Origin: Nitrospinaceae bacterium
GTDB lineage: Bacteria > Nitrospinota > Nitrospinia > Nitrospinales > VA-1
NCBI GenBank assembly: GCA_046754465.1
Contig: JBHHVU010000042.1
Span: 1-27,974, forward strand
Direction: 5' to 3'
Length of the DNA stretch: 27,974 nucleotides
Shown: positions 1-7,536 of the stretch, piece by piece
Position numbering within the stretch: position 1 is the stretch's first letter
How the letters are laid out: the number at the start of each line of letters is the position of its first letter
Made by a program: the position numbers and the translations under genes
Notes under the pieces: generated by a model
What the model saw: the letters and a program-made list of their open reading frames with translations, nothing else
Database searches by the model: none
Told to the model about the DNA's origin: nothing

Positions 1-61
1 GTGTCACACGCGGCGTGAGGGATTGTTCAATTTCAACTAAAAAAGGGATTGACTCCACATC

Positions 62-394
62 GTGGACCAAATTGAAAACCTGGGAAACCACTTTGGACCT
101 GATTATTTTGACGTGATTTTCATGAATGGGGTGATCGGTTGGGGGCTTAATGAAGAAACTTGTATCAACAAGGGATTGGAAGCCTGTTTTGAACGACTAA
201 AACCGGGAGGAGAATTCATTCTGGGGGTTAATGAAGAGTTACCCACCGTACCGGCCCTTTCCTTAGTTAAATCTCTTGACCTTTTTGAACAGATTGATTT
301 TCCACCTCTCCAAACCCATCGGTATGTGGTCCCCACCCCTCTCGACGAAAATAGTCACAGTTATTATTTTTTCAAAAAGCCAGGCGGAACCTGA
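62..394 (+). pseudogene. C-terminal part of a class I SAM-dependent methyltransferase; apparently N-terminally truncated
   Basis: The sequence HIVDQIENLGNHFGPDYFDVIFMNGVIGWG...ACFERLKPGGEFILG carries methyltransferase motif II (FDVI) and motif III (LKPGG). Motif I (GxGxG) is absent, and in-frame stops lie just upstream (TAA 38-40, TGA 50-52). Confidence 0.55.
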
Positions 395-613
395 CGACCC
401 TCCGGCGCGGCTTTCACCTACATTTTCTCCTGGCAGTCAAAAAACTTTGCTGGAACCCTGATATCAGTCCGTAATCGGGTGGGTGCTGCCGGAGGGAAAG
501 GGATCATTTCAGGGTTCTTTGCGATGGCTGCGTTGTCACCCCTTGGGTGTTGCGGTTAAATTGAATTTTAATTTTCTACGGTCTCCCGCCTCGGGTCTCC
601 GGTCTTCCTTCTT

Positions 614-1132
614 TTATTTGTAGCGGGTGACCTGGAAGCGATACATCTCGTAGGGCTCGTTTTCCTGGATTTTCGCTTTTTTGAGGCAGATCCTGAGCTG
701 CTCTTCCACGGTATCGATCCCTTCCAGGTCGGGCAGCAGGATGCCCTGTTTGTCTCCGCTCTTGACCGCCACTCCATACCGTTTGCTGTCCAGTTGGGAA
801 AAATCATCCACTTTTTCCAAGGGCGTGAGGACGTCCACGGAGAAGGTGAGGTCGTCCAGTTCTTCCCTGGTAACGGGGTAAAATCTCGGATCCTTGGTGG
901 CGGCGCTGATGGCGTTCTGGATGATCTCGATGGCCAGGTTGCCGTGGGTGGGACTGAGGCTGCCGATACATCCCCTTAGTTTTTTGCCCTTTTTGATGGA
1001 CACGAACGCCCCGGAGGGTTGTTTAAAATCGTCGCAAAGGGGTTCCTGGCAAGGCAGGGGAATGCCATGATCGAGGTAATACCGTACCGCTTGCCGGGCC
1101 AGGTCGGTTATGGGGTGGACATCGGATTCCAT
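614..1132 (-). CDS. AMMECR1-domain protein (AmmeMemoRadiSam system protein A-like)
   Basis: Contains GAFVSIKK..LRGCIG, AATKDPRF and GILLPDL, hallmark AMMECR1 motifs. ATG at 1132 is preceded by AAAGGGAG (SD-like), so it is preferred over the ORF-track start at 1192. Confidence 0.9.
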   Translation of the reverse strand: MESDVHPITDLARQAVRYYLDHGIPLPCQEPLCDDFKQPSGAFVSIKKGKKLRGCIGSLSPTHGNLAIEIIQNAISAATKDPRFYPVTREELDDLTFSVDVLTPLEKVDDFSQLDSKRYGVAVKSGDKQGILLPDLEGIDTVEEQLRICLKKAKIQENEPYEMYRFQVTRYK

Positions 1133-1324
1133 GGCTCTCCCTTTATGAATTGTCCTGGTAATCAACATAGGCCCAGTCTTGGGCCTGCGCAAGTCACGGG
1201 GCGTTTTAGACGGCGCGATGGGGCGACGATCGTTTAGGGGGAACTATTGGACCCCAACCACGATGGGGGGTTCGGCATGAGGGACGGACGGGAAGGGTTT
1301 CGAAAACGGGGAATACAGCCGGGA

Positions 1325-2326
1325 TCAGGAACAGGATTTAGCCAGGGCGTGTCTTTCCAGGGTGTAGTCGGCCACGGCCATCAGGGCTTCCAGGTATTCC
1401 GGCGATTTGAAATGGACCTTCCTGAGATGGTTTTTGGCCCGGTCCACGTATTTGCGGGCAAGGTCCAGGGTATATTCGATGGACCGGGTTTCCCGCATGC
1501 GTTCGAGGATGAAATCCAGATCCTTATGGGTCAGGTGCTCGTTCTTGACGAAGGCCTCGATTTTCTTTTTCAGGTTTGGGCCTCCGTTTTGATATACATG
1601 GAGCAGGGGCAGGGTGACGTGACCCTCCTTGAAATCGTTGCCGGGGGGTTTGCCCAGGAGCTCCTCGTCGCCGTAATAATCCATGGCGTCGTCCGCCAGT
1701 TGAAAAGCGATTCCGAAATCGTTTCCGAAGGCGACGACGGCCTCTTCCTGCTCCGGACCGGCGTTGGAGAGTAAGGCGCCGAGGCGGCAGCTCACGGAAA
1801 TAATGGACGCGGTTTTCCGGAAGATGACGTCAAGACAATGCTCCTCGGTGACTTGAAGGTTTCTCAAGTGGGTGAACTCGAGGATGCCGCCCTCGACCAG
1901 AATCTTGGTCGCTTCGGCGATGGCCCGGATAATGCGTGCGTCGCAATCGTGGGTGAGCAAAAGAATGGCGCGGGATATCAGGAAATCCCCGACGAGAATG
2001 CTGGCATCGCTTCCCCATTTGGAGTTGACGGTTTCGTGTCCCCGCCGCACCGTGGTTTCATCCACCACATCGTCGTGGAGGAGCGTGGCGGCATGGATAT
2101 ACTCGACCACGCACCCGTGTTTGATGACGTAATCGTCCGTCTCGCGCCCGCAAAGCTTGGTCGAGATAAGGGTGAGAAGGGGACGAATGCGTTTTCCCCC
2201 ACCATCCATCAGGTACCCGCTGATGCCCGGGATGAGGGGAACATCCGATTCGTAATTCTTCTTGATCGCTTCCTCGACCCTCGACAAATCCGCTTTGAAG
2301 AGCCGTGTTACCTCGTTGAATTCCAT
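1325..2326 (-). CDS. ispB: Long-chain polyprenyl (octaprenyl-type) diphosphate synthase
   Basis: Contains GGKRIRP, first aspartate-rich motif LLHDDVVD..RRG, second motif FQLADDAMD, and GKPPGND. A small residue (Ala) at -5 from the first motif indicates a long-chain product. Start taken at MEFNE (2326). Confidence 0.88.
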   Translation of the reverse strand: MEFNEVTRLFKADLSRVEEAIKKNYESDVPLIPGISGYLMDGGGKRIRPLLTLISTKLCGRETDDYVIKHGCVVEYIHAATLLHDDVVDETTVRRGHETVNSKWGSDASILVGDFLISRAILLLTHDCDARIIRAIAEATKILVEGGILEFTHLRNLQVTEEHCLDVIFRKTASIISVSCRLGALLSNAGPEQEEAVVAFGNDFGIAFQLADDAMDYYGDEELLGKPPGNDFKEGHVTLPLLHVYQNGGPNLKKKIEAFVKNEHLTHKDLDFILERMRETRSIEYTLDLARKYVDRAKNHLRKVHFKSPEYLEALMAVADYTLERHALAKSCS

Positions 2327-2444
2327 AAAATGGCCCGTAACTTTTCGGTTAATATTTAGTGGCCGAGTCGGTTGGAAGGGGAATCCCGAAGAATCATCCT
2401 GACGGGATTGATTTCGCCAGTTCATCTACGCGTAAACCGTTATA

Positions 2445-2471
2445 ATTATGGGAAAAAACCAGTTTTGTCAA
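2445..2471 (-). promoter_or_regulatory. Possible sigma70-type promoter for ispB
   Basis: Perfect TTGACA (2471-2466) followed by AT-rich CATAATTATAA. Spacing to the best -10 (CATAAT) is only 15 nt. Confidence 0.35.
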
Positions 2472-2698
2472 GGTATTTATGCGCCCGCGCGCGCCTTTCG
2501 CGCCGGGTGGAACTTGTAGGTGTTTGAACCTTCAGGTTTTGAAGGGGTCACTCCGGACCGGACCGCGCCGGAAAATTTTCCCTTGTCCCAGCGTTTGGGA
2601 AAAGGCGGGTTTGGAATGGTGATTCCAGCGGTGTAAAATGGCGTTCAACTTCCTCATGATTAATACTGGCGGGGGTCTTTTCGCGGGCGGTCCGCCGA

Positions 2699-3553
2699 AT
2701 GGGTGACGCATTTATGTTAAATTTCTCTCCCAGTGTGACGGTAATCATCCCCACCTATAATCGCGGTTATTGTTTGGGGGAATCCATTCGCTCCGTAATG
2801 GCCCAAACCCGAGCCGATTTCGAGTTGTTGGTGGTGGACGACGGCTCGACCGACGGCACGGAAAATATCGTGCGGCGTTTTCCGGAGGTGCGGTACATAC
2901 GATGCGAGAAAAATTCCGGAGTCTCTCGGGCCAGGAACCTGGGCGTTCAGCAGGCCCGGGGACGCTACCTTTGTTTCCTGGATTCTGATGATGTGTGGAG
3001 GGAAAAAAAACTGGAGACCCAGATCTCCTGGATGGAGTCTCATCGGGATTGCCCGGTCTCCTACACTGATGAGATATGGATTCGCAGGGGACGGCGGGTG
3101 AATCCCATGAACAAGCATCGCAAGTATTCCGGGGATATTTTCCGGCACTGTTTGCCTCTTTGTATCGTCAGCCCTTCCTCGGTGATGATGCGGGCCTCGC
3201 TCTTTTCGGAGGTGGGTGGATTCGATGAAAAAATGCCGGTGTGCGAGGATTATGATTTGTGGCTTCGCATTGCCTTCAAGTACCGGTTTCACTTCATTGA
3301 AAAGAAACTTATAATCAAACAAGGGGGACATGAGGACCAGTTGTCGCGCCGGTATTGGGGAATGGACCGGTTCCGGGTGTACGCCCTGAAAAAACTGCTG
3401 GATGAACCTTCCCTGGACGGGGAAAGGAGGCGAAGGGTTCTCGAAACTTTCCTGTACAAATGCGGGATCCTTATTCAGGGGTTTTCCAAACGGGGCAAGG
3501 CGGCGGAAGCGGGGTATTACCGTTCGCTCGCCGAACATTATTCGGGCGGTTGA
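2699..3553 (+). CDS. Family 2 glycosyltransferase (GT-A fold)
   Basis: Contains VIIPTYNR, VVDDGSTD, GVSRARNLG, FLDSDD (DxD) and EDYDLWLR. An alternative start is ATG 2714. Confidence 0.93.
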   Translation: MGDAFMLNFSPSVTVIIPTYNRGYCLGESIRSVMAQTRADFELLVVDDGSTDGTENIVRRFPEVRYIRCEKNSGVSRARNLGVQQARGRYLCFLDSDDVWREKKLETQISWMESHRDCPVSYTDEIWIRRGRRVNPMNKHRKYSGDIFRHCLPLCIVSPSSVMMRASLFSEVGGFDEKMPVCEDYDLWLRIAFKYRFHFIEKKLIIKQGGHEDQLSRRYWGMDRFRVYALKKLLDEPSLDGERRRRVLETFLYKCGILIQGFSKRGKAAEAGYYRSLAEHYSGG

Positions 3554-3557
3554 GATC

Positions 3558-4769
3558 ATGATTAAAATGATAGGCGGTGAGCGATCCGCCGTTTCCCGGT
3601 GTGGAAAAAATTTCAAGCCGGGAAGGGAGAAGCGGGGAATGCCCCATGGAGGCGTCTGGATTCTCTGTGTGGGGTTTTTCCTTTTATGGGGGAATCCCCT
3701 GCACGCGGTGGAGAAACCCCAGGCGGCGATCGACAAGCTGCGCCGTCAGTGCCTATCCATTTTGGATCGGGCCATGGAAAGCGGGAACGCTTTCATTCGC
3801 AGCGCCGCCGCCCGGGCCGCGGGGGAATCGCGGGACCCGGCGCTGATTCCCCTGTTAAGAAAAGCCGCCCGGGACGACTACCACACTACCCGCCTGTTCG
3901 CTCTCCAGGGGATACAGAATATCTCCGTGCCGGCAACGGTTGAAATGGCGAAACGTCTCATCCAGGATCCGGATACCTGGGTCCAGAGCACTGCGCTGGA
4001 AATTCTGGGGAAACTGGGGGGGAGGGAAGCCGCCGAACTGATTCGCCCCCATTTGAAATCCCCCAAGCCTTCCGTCCGCCTGGCCGCCGTTGCCGGACTG
4101 TTCCTGCAGGGTGAAAAAGAACATCTTCCACTGATTCTGGAAAGCCTGGAAAAAAGAAATACTGTCGAGAGGTACCAGGCCATTGGTTACATGGGCAAAA
4201 TACATTCCGGCGAGTCGTTGTCCCGGCTGGTCCAGCTTCTCAACGATGAAGAGGACGAAGCGGTGTTTTACAGTCTCCAGGCGATAGGCCAGCGGGCGGA
4301 GCCGAACCTGTTTTCACGGTTACGGAAATTGGTCCACCGGGATAATCCTTCCGTTCGTTACCAGGCGGTGCTGGTGATGGGTTACCTGCCCCGGAGCCTT
4401 TCCCTTAAGGCGGTTGAGGAACTTTGCCGGGATGCGGACGCGATAGTGAGGATTTCCGCGGCGGTTTCCCTGAACCGCATGGGATCGGATGCCTGCCGTG
4501 GGGTTTTCGCCGAGTCCCTCAAGGACCCCGATTATGGAATCCGCAGCACCGCGGCGCGAGTTCTTGGGGAAGTTCCCCTGGAAAACCGGGCCGAGTTGCT
4601 CGCCGGAGCCCTGAAGGACGGGAACTCAAGAGTGAGGACCGCCGCGGTGCGCGCCGTGGGCATGATGGGCGGGCCAGAGGCCTTTTCCCTTCTGGTCCGC
4701 ATGCTCGACGATCCCTTGGAGGTGATCCGCACCTACGCCGCCGGGAATATCATCCCCTTGACCCGCTGA
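3558..4769 (+). CDS. HEAT/PBS-lyase-type repeat protein, probably exported
   Basis: About 10 tandem ~31-aa repeats of the type L..LL.D....VR..AA.ALG. A hydrophobic segment VWILCVGFFLLWGNPLHA resembles a signal peptide. Start is uncertain: 3558 just after the GT2 stop, or 3639. Confidence 0.82.
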   Translation: MIKMIGGERSAVSRCGKNFKPGREKRGMPHGGVWILCVGFFLLWGNPLHAVEKPQAAIDKLRRQCLSILDRAMESGNAFIRSAAARAAGESRDPALIPLLRKAARDDYHTTRLFALQGIQNISVPATVEMAKRLIQDPDTWVQSTALEILGKLGGREAAELIRPHLKSPKPSVRLAAVAGLFLQGEKEHLPLILESLEKRNTVERYQAIGYMGKIHSGESLSRLVQLLNDEEDEAVFYSLQAIGQRAEPNLFSRLRKLVHRDNPSVRYQAVLVMGYLPRSLSLKAVEELCRDADAIVRISAAVSLNRMGSDACRGVFAESLKDPDYGIRSTAARVLGEVPLENRAELLAGALKDGNSRVRTAAVRAVGMMGGPEAFSLLVRMLDDPLEVIRTYAAGNIIPLTR

Positions 4770-4887
4770 TTAGAATGACGGAAGGCGGGCGGGGGTGGAT
4801 CGGCGAAAGGGGGAGCGGACGGGGCGCCATGGGCGGCGGATTTTGCCAACACCGCAACCGGGACATGGGTTTGCGGACGGGAGTGAT

Positions 4888-6318
4888 TCAGCAGCGGCCG
4901 TAGTTGTCGTCGTACCGGGTGATATCGTTCTCATCCAGATGATCCCCCAATTGAACTTCGATGAGGGTCAATGGAGTGTCGTTGGGGTTGCCCAGGCGAT
5001 GTTTGGATTTTTTGGGAATGAAGATGGATTCGCCCTGTTTCAGAACAAACATTTTCCCATCCAAACGCACCTCCGCCAGGCCCGACACCACGGTCCAGTG
5101 TTCGGTCCGGTGGCCGTGGGATTGCAGGCTGAGTTTTTCGCCTCCCTGAACGTTGATTCTTTTAACCAGGTAATTTTCTTTTTTTTCCAGAACCGTATAA
5201 GAGCCCCAGGGCTTGTTGACGGTGGTGCCGATTTTCGCTTCGGGCCGGTTGTTTTTTTCGAGCCGGTCAACCACTTTTTTGACATCCTGAGCCCGGTTCC
5301 TGGCGCAAACGAGGAGGGCATCCGGTGTGTCGACGACGATGGTGTCCTTGAGTCCCAGGGCGGCGATGATTCGGTCGTCTCCCTGGATGATGGATCCCGA
5401 GCAGTCCAGTGAAAGAACATTTTCGGAGAACACATTGCCGTCGGCCTCTTTTCCCAGCACATCCACGAGCGCGTTCCAGGAACCCACGTCGCTCCAGCCG
5501 ACTTCCGTGGGGATGAGGGCGACCCGCCGGGATTTTTCCAGAACACCGTAATCCACCGAAAGCGAGGGAAGCGATTCGAAAAGCCGTTGTCCCTGGTCAT
5601 CGAGAACCCGGTAATTGATGCGGCCGGGATTTTCATGGATATGGGAGACGATCTGTTCCAACCGCTCATGGAGGATGGGGATGTGCGTTTTCAGCTCTTC
5701 CAGGAAAGTGCCGGCTTTCCAGAGAAACACCCCGCAATTCCAGAAATAGCCCCCTTCCCGAAGGAATTTTTCCGCGGTGGATTCATCCGGTTTTTCGACG
5801 AATTTTTTCACCTGGAAGGCGTCTTTCATTCCTTCGAGGGGAGGCCCCTGCTGGATGTATCCGTACCCCGTTTCGGGCCGGGTGGGTTGAATGCCCAGCG
5901 TCACCAGGTAATCCCGGGCCGCGGCCGCCTCCCCCTTTTGCAGGACGCGGCGAAACTTTTCCGGATCCGTTATCACGTGGTCGGCGGGAAACACCCCAAT
6001 CACCGCATCGGGATTTTTTTCATACAATATCCTCGCGGCTAACCCGATCGCCGCCGCGGTGTTTCGGCCAACCGGTTCCGCGATCAGTTGCGCCGGGGAG
6101 AATCCGAACCGCGATAACTGGTTACAGGTTTCGAAAGCGTGAAGCGCGTTGGTCACCAGGAGAATATTTTCAACGGGAATCAGGGGCAGCAGCCTTTCCA
6201 GGGTGTTCTGGACCAGGGTTCCCGGACCCGCGATCTTGAGGAGTTGTTTGGGGGCTTGCTCCCGGCTTCGCGGCCAGAACCGGGTGCCTTTGCCGCCCGC
6301 TAAAATAATGCCGTGCAT
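4888..6318 (-). CDS. manC: Mannose-1-phosphate guanylyltransferase / mannose-6-phosphate isomerase
   Basis: Contains ILAGGKGTRFWPRSR..PKQ, EPVGRNTA, PETGYGYI, FVEKP and WSDVGSW, plus a C-terminal cupin (KPWGSY, LSLQSHGHRTEHW). Confidence 0.95.
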   Translation of the reverse strand: MHGIILAGGKGTRFWPRSREQAPKQLLKIAGPGTLVQNTLERLLPLIPVENILLVTNALHAFETCNQLSRFGFSPAQLIAEPVGRNTAAAIGLAARILYEKNPDAVIGVFPADHVITDPEKFRRVLQKGEAAAARDYLVTLGIQPTRPETGYGYIQQGPPLEGMKDAFQVKKFVEKPDESTAEKFLREGGYFWNCGVFLWKAGTFLEELKTHIPILHERLEQIVSHIHENPGRINYRVLDDQGQRLFESLPSLSVDYGVLEKSRRVALIPTEVGWSDVGSWNALVDVLGKEADGNVFSENVLSLDCSGSIIQGDDRIIAALGLKDTIVVDTPDALLVCARNRAQDVKKVVDRLEKNNRPEAKIGTTVNKPWGSYTVLEKKENYLVKRINVQGGEKLSLQSHGHRTEHWTVVSGLAEVRLDGKMFVLKQGESIFIPKKSKHRLGNPNDTPLTLIEVQLGDHLDENDITRYDDNYGRC

Positions 6319-6500
6319 GATGGTTGTTGTTCCCGCTGGCGGCAGGCCGCCGCAACGGGGATCTCCGGAATTTTAAGGGTATGAATGATTGTGGCTTATT
6401 GTATGGGTTTGTGATAATTTTGCTACTTCGCTCACGTACCCGTCCACGAAAGGTTGCGATTAACAGCAACCATACTAGCGGAAATATCATCCAAGGACTA

Positions 6501-6605
6501 TAAAAAAGAGGGGCGGAAACGAGCATCCCCACCCGGTCCCATTTCGCCCTTCGGGGTTCGCGGTGGGTGGAAGGGTCCTTCGGAAATCCCGTGACCTCGT
6601 TTCCC
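6501..6605 (-). ncRNA. Candidate structured RNA or leader with terminator-like end, family not recognised
   Basis: A 9-bp closing stem (6515-6523 with 6596-6604) encloses two sub-hairpins. On the minus strand it is followed by CUCUUUUUUA, and G-U wobbles favour the minus strand. Confidence 0.4.
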
Positions 6606-6647
6606 TATTATTGAAGTTGGGTGGACGGCCGGCGGAGGAGAATTCCG

Positions 6648-6745
6648 CCGGGCCACGCCCGGAAGAAGATGGGTCAAGGCATCATCGCCAGTCAACCTTG
6701 GTCCGCCATATAAAGTATGACAAATTGCCCGCGGAGGCACTCCGC
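6648..6745 (+). repeat. Dispersed ~98-bp intergenic element, copy 1 (complete)
   Basis: CCGGGC-CAC-GCCCGG hairpin, then core AGATGGGTCAAGGCATCATCGCC...CATATAAAGTATGACAAATTGCC, then GCGGAG-GCA-CTCCGC hairpin. Homologous to 11822-11944, 12684-12762 and 13150-13247. Confidence 0.9.
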
Positions 6746-6777
6746 CGGCTCCCCGGCTCCCCGGATCATTCCTGGCT

Positions 6778-7503
6778 ATGGAAAAAGCGATTTTTTATCC
6801 CTTTCTGGTTTTTATTTTTCTGATCAGCATGGTCGGAGGGTGGATTCCCACGGTCAAAATCTGGTCCCAGTCCACGTTCCGCATGATCATCAGTTTTTGC
6901 GCCGGAATATTGCTGGGGGCGGTCTTTTTTCATATCCTGCCGGAAATCACGGTCGTGTTGGGGGGAAAGGTGGGGTTTTCGATCATGATCGGTTTCATCC
7001 TGATTTTTCTGTTGGAAAAATCGATCATGGTTCATCCTTGTGAAGAGGGGGAATGTAATTATCATAAGATCGGTGTGGCGGCTTACGTGGGAATCGGTTT
7101 CCACAGCATCCTTGACGGGATGGCCATCGGCGCGGGAAGTATGATGAATTTGAGTTTGGTGATAATTCTTGCGGTCACCATCCACAAATTCCCGGCCTCC
7201 CTGGCCCTGAGCAGTCTCCTGGTGAGGGGCGGGGGATATTCGCGGGAAAAGATCCTGCTTTCGATGTTTATTTTCGCCCTGGCCACCCCGCTGGGGGCGC
7301 TCCTGTCCATTTTCATTTTTCAGGGGCTGGACGATTATGTGATCGCCTCCGCCCTGGGGGTTTCCGCCGGAACGTTCCTGTTCATTTCCGTTGCCGACCT
7401 GCTTCCCGCTGTTTACGAGGAACATGAAAATAAAGAATATAAAAACCTGATCTGCCTCTGCCTGGGTATTTTCTCCATGTTTGCTTCCAAAGGATTTTTT
7501 TGA
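6778..7503 (+). CDS. ZIP-family (ZupT/GufA-like) divalent metal transporter
   Basis: About 8 hydrophobic helices with FCAGILLG..FFHILPE, FHSILDG (TM4), IHKFPAS (TM5) and AGTFLFI..DLLP, plus a His/Cys loop HPCEEGECNYH. Confidence 0.9.
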   Translation: MEKAIFYPFLVFIFLISMVGGWIPTVKIWSQSTFRMIISFCAGILLGAVFFHILPEITVVLGGKVGFSIMIGFILIFLLEKSIMVHPCEEGECNYHKIGVAAYVGIGFHSILDGMAIGAGSMMNLSLVIILAVTIHKFPASLALSSLLVRGGGYSREKILLSMFIFALATPLGALLSIFIFQGLDDYVIASALGVSAGTFLFISVADLLPAVYEEHENKEYKNLICLCLGIFSMFASKGFF

Positions 7504-7536
7504 AGGATCTTGAAGGAGTCCCGCACTGGATTGAAT

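Noticed and set aside
1167..1184. Hairpin AGGCCCA-GTCT-TGGGCCT between ispB and the AMMECR1 gene as a terminator
   Set aside because: There is no convincing U-tract on either side, so there is not enough support to call it.
2695..2722. Exact E. coli XerD arm TTATGTTAAAT (2712-2722), suggesting a dif site
   Set aside because: With a 6-bp spacer the left arm would be CCGAATGGGTG, unlike a XerC arm. The GGTGACGCAT look-alike abuts with no spacer, and the site overlaps the GT2 start.
6170..6532. 120-aa minus-strand ORF with a hydrophobic N-terminus
   Set aside because: It overlaps manC out of frame, starts inside the structured element and has no recognisable domain. A short membrane peptide cannot be totally excluded.
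6530..6546. Similarity to a 5S rRNA segment (CACCCGgTCCCATTtCG) and, on the minus strand, to the HDV ribozyme 3' end (GGCGAAAUGGGAC)
   Set aside because: Only short local matches. The remaining 5S helices and the HDV nested double-pseudoknot partners are missing.
6563..6823. ORFs 6563-6823 and 11843-12349 share the peptide STLV.HIKYDKLPAEALR
   Set aside because: This is explained by the DNA repeat. The ORFs overlap real genes and share no start or stop, and conservation follows hairpin pairing rather than codons.
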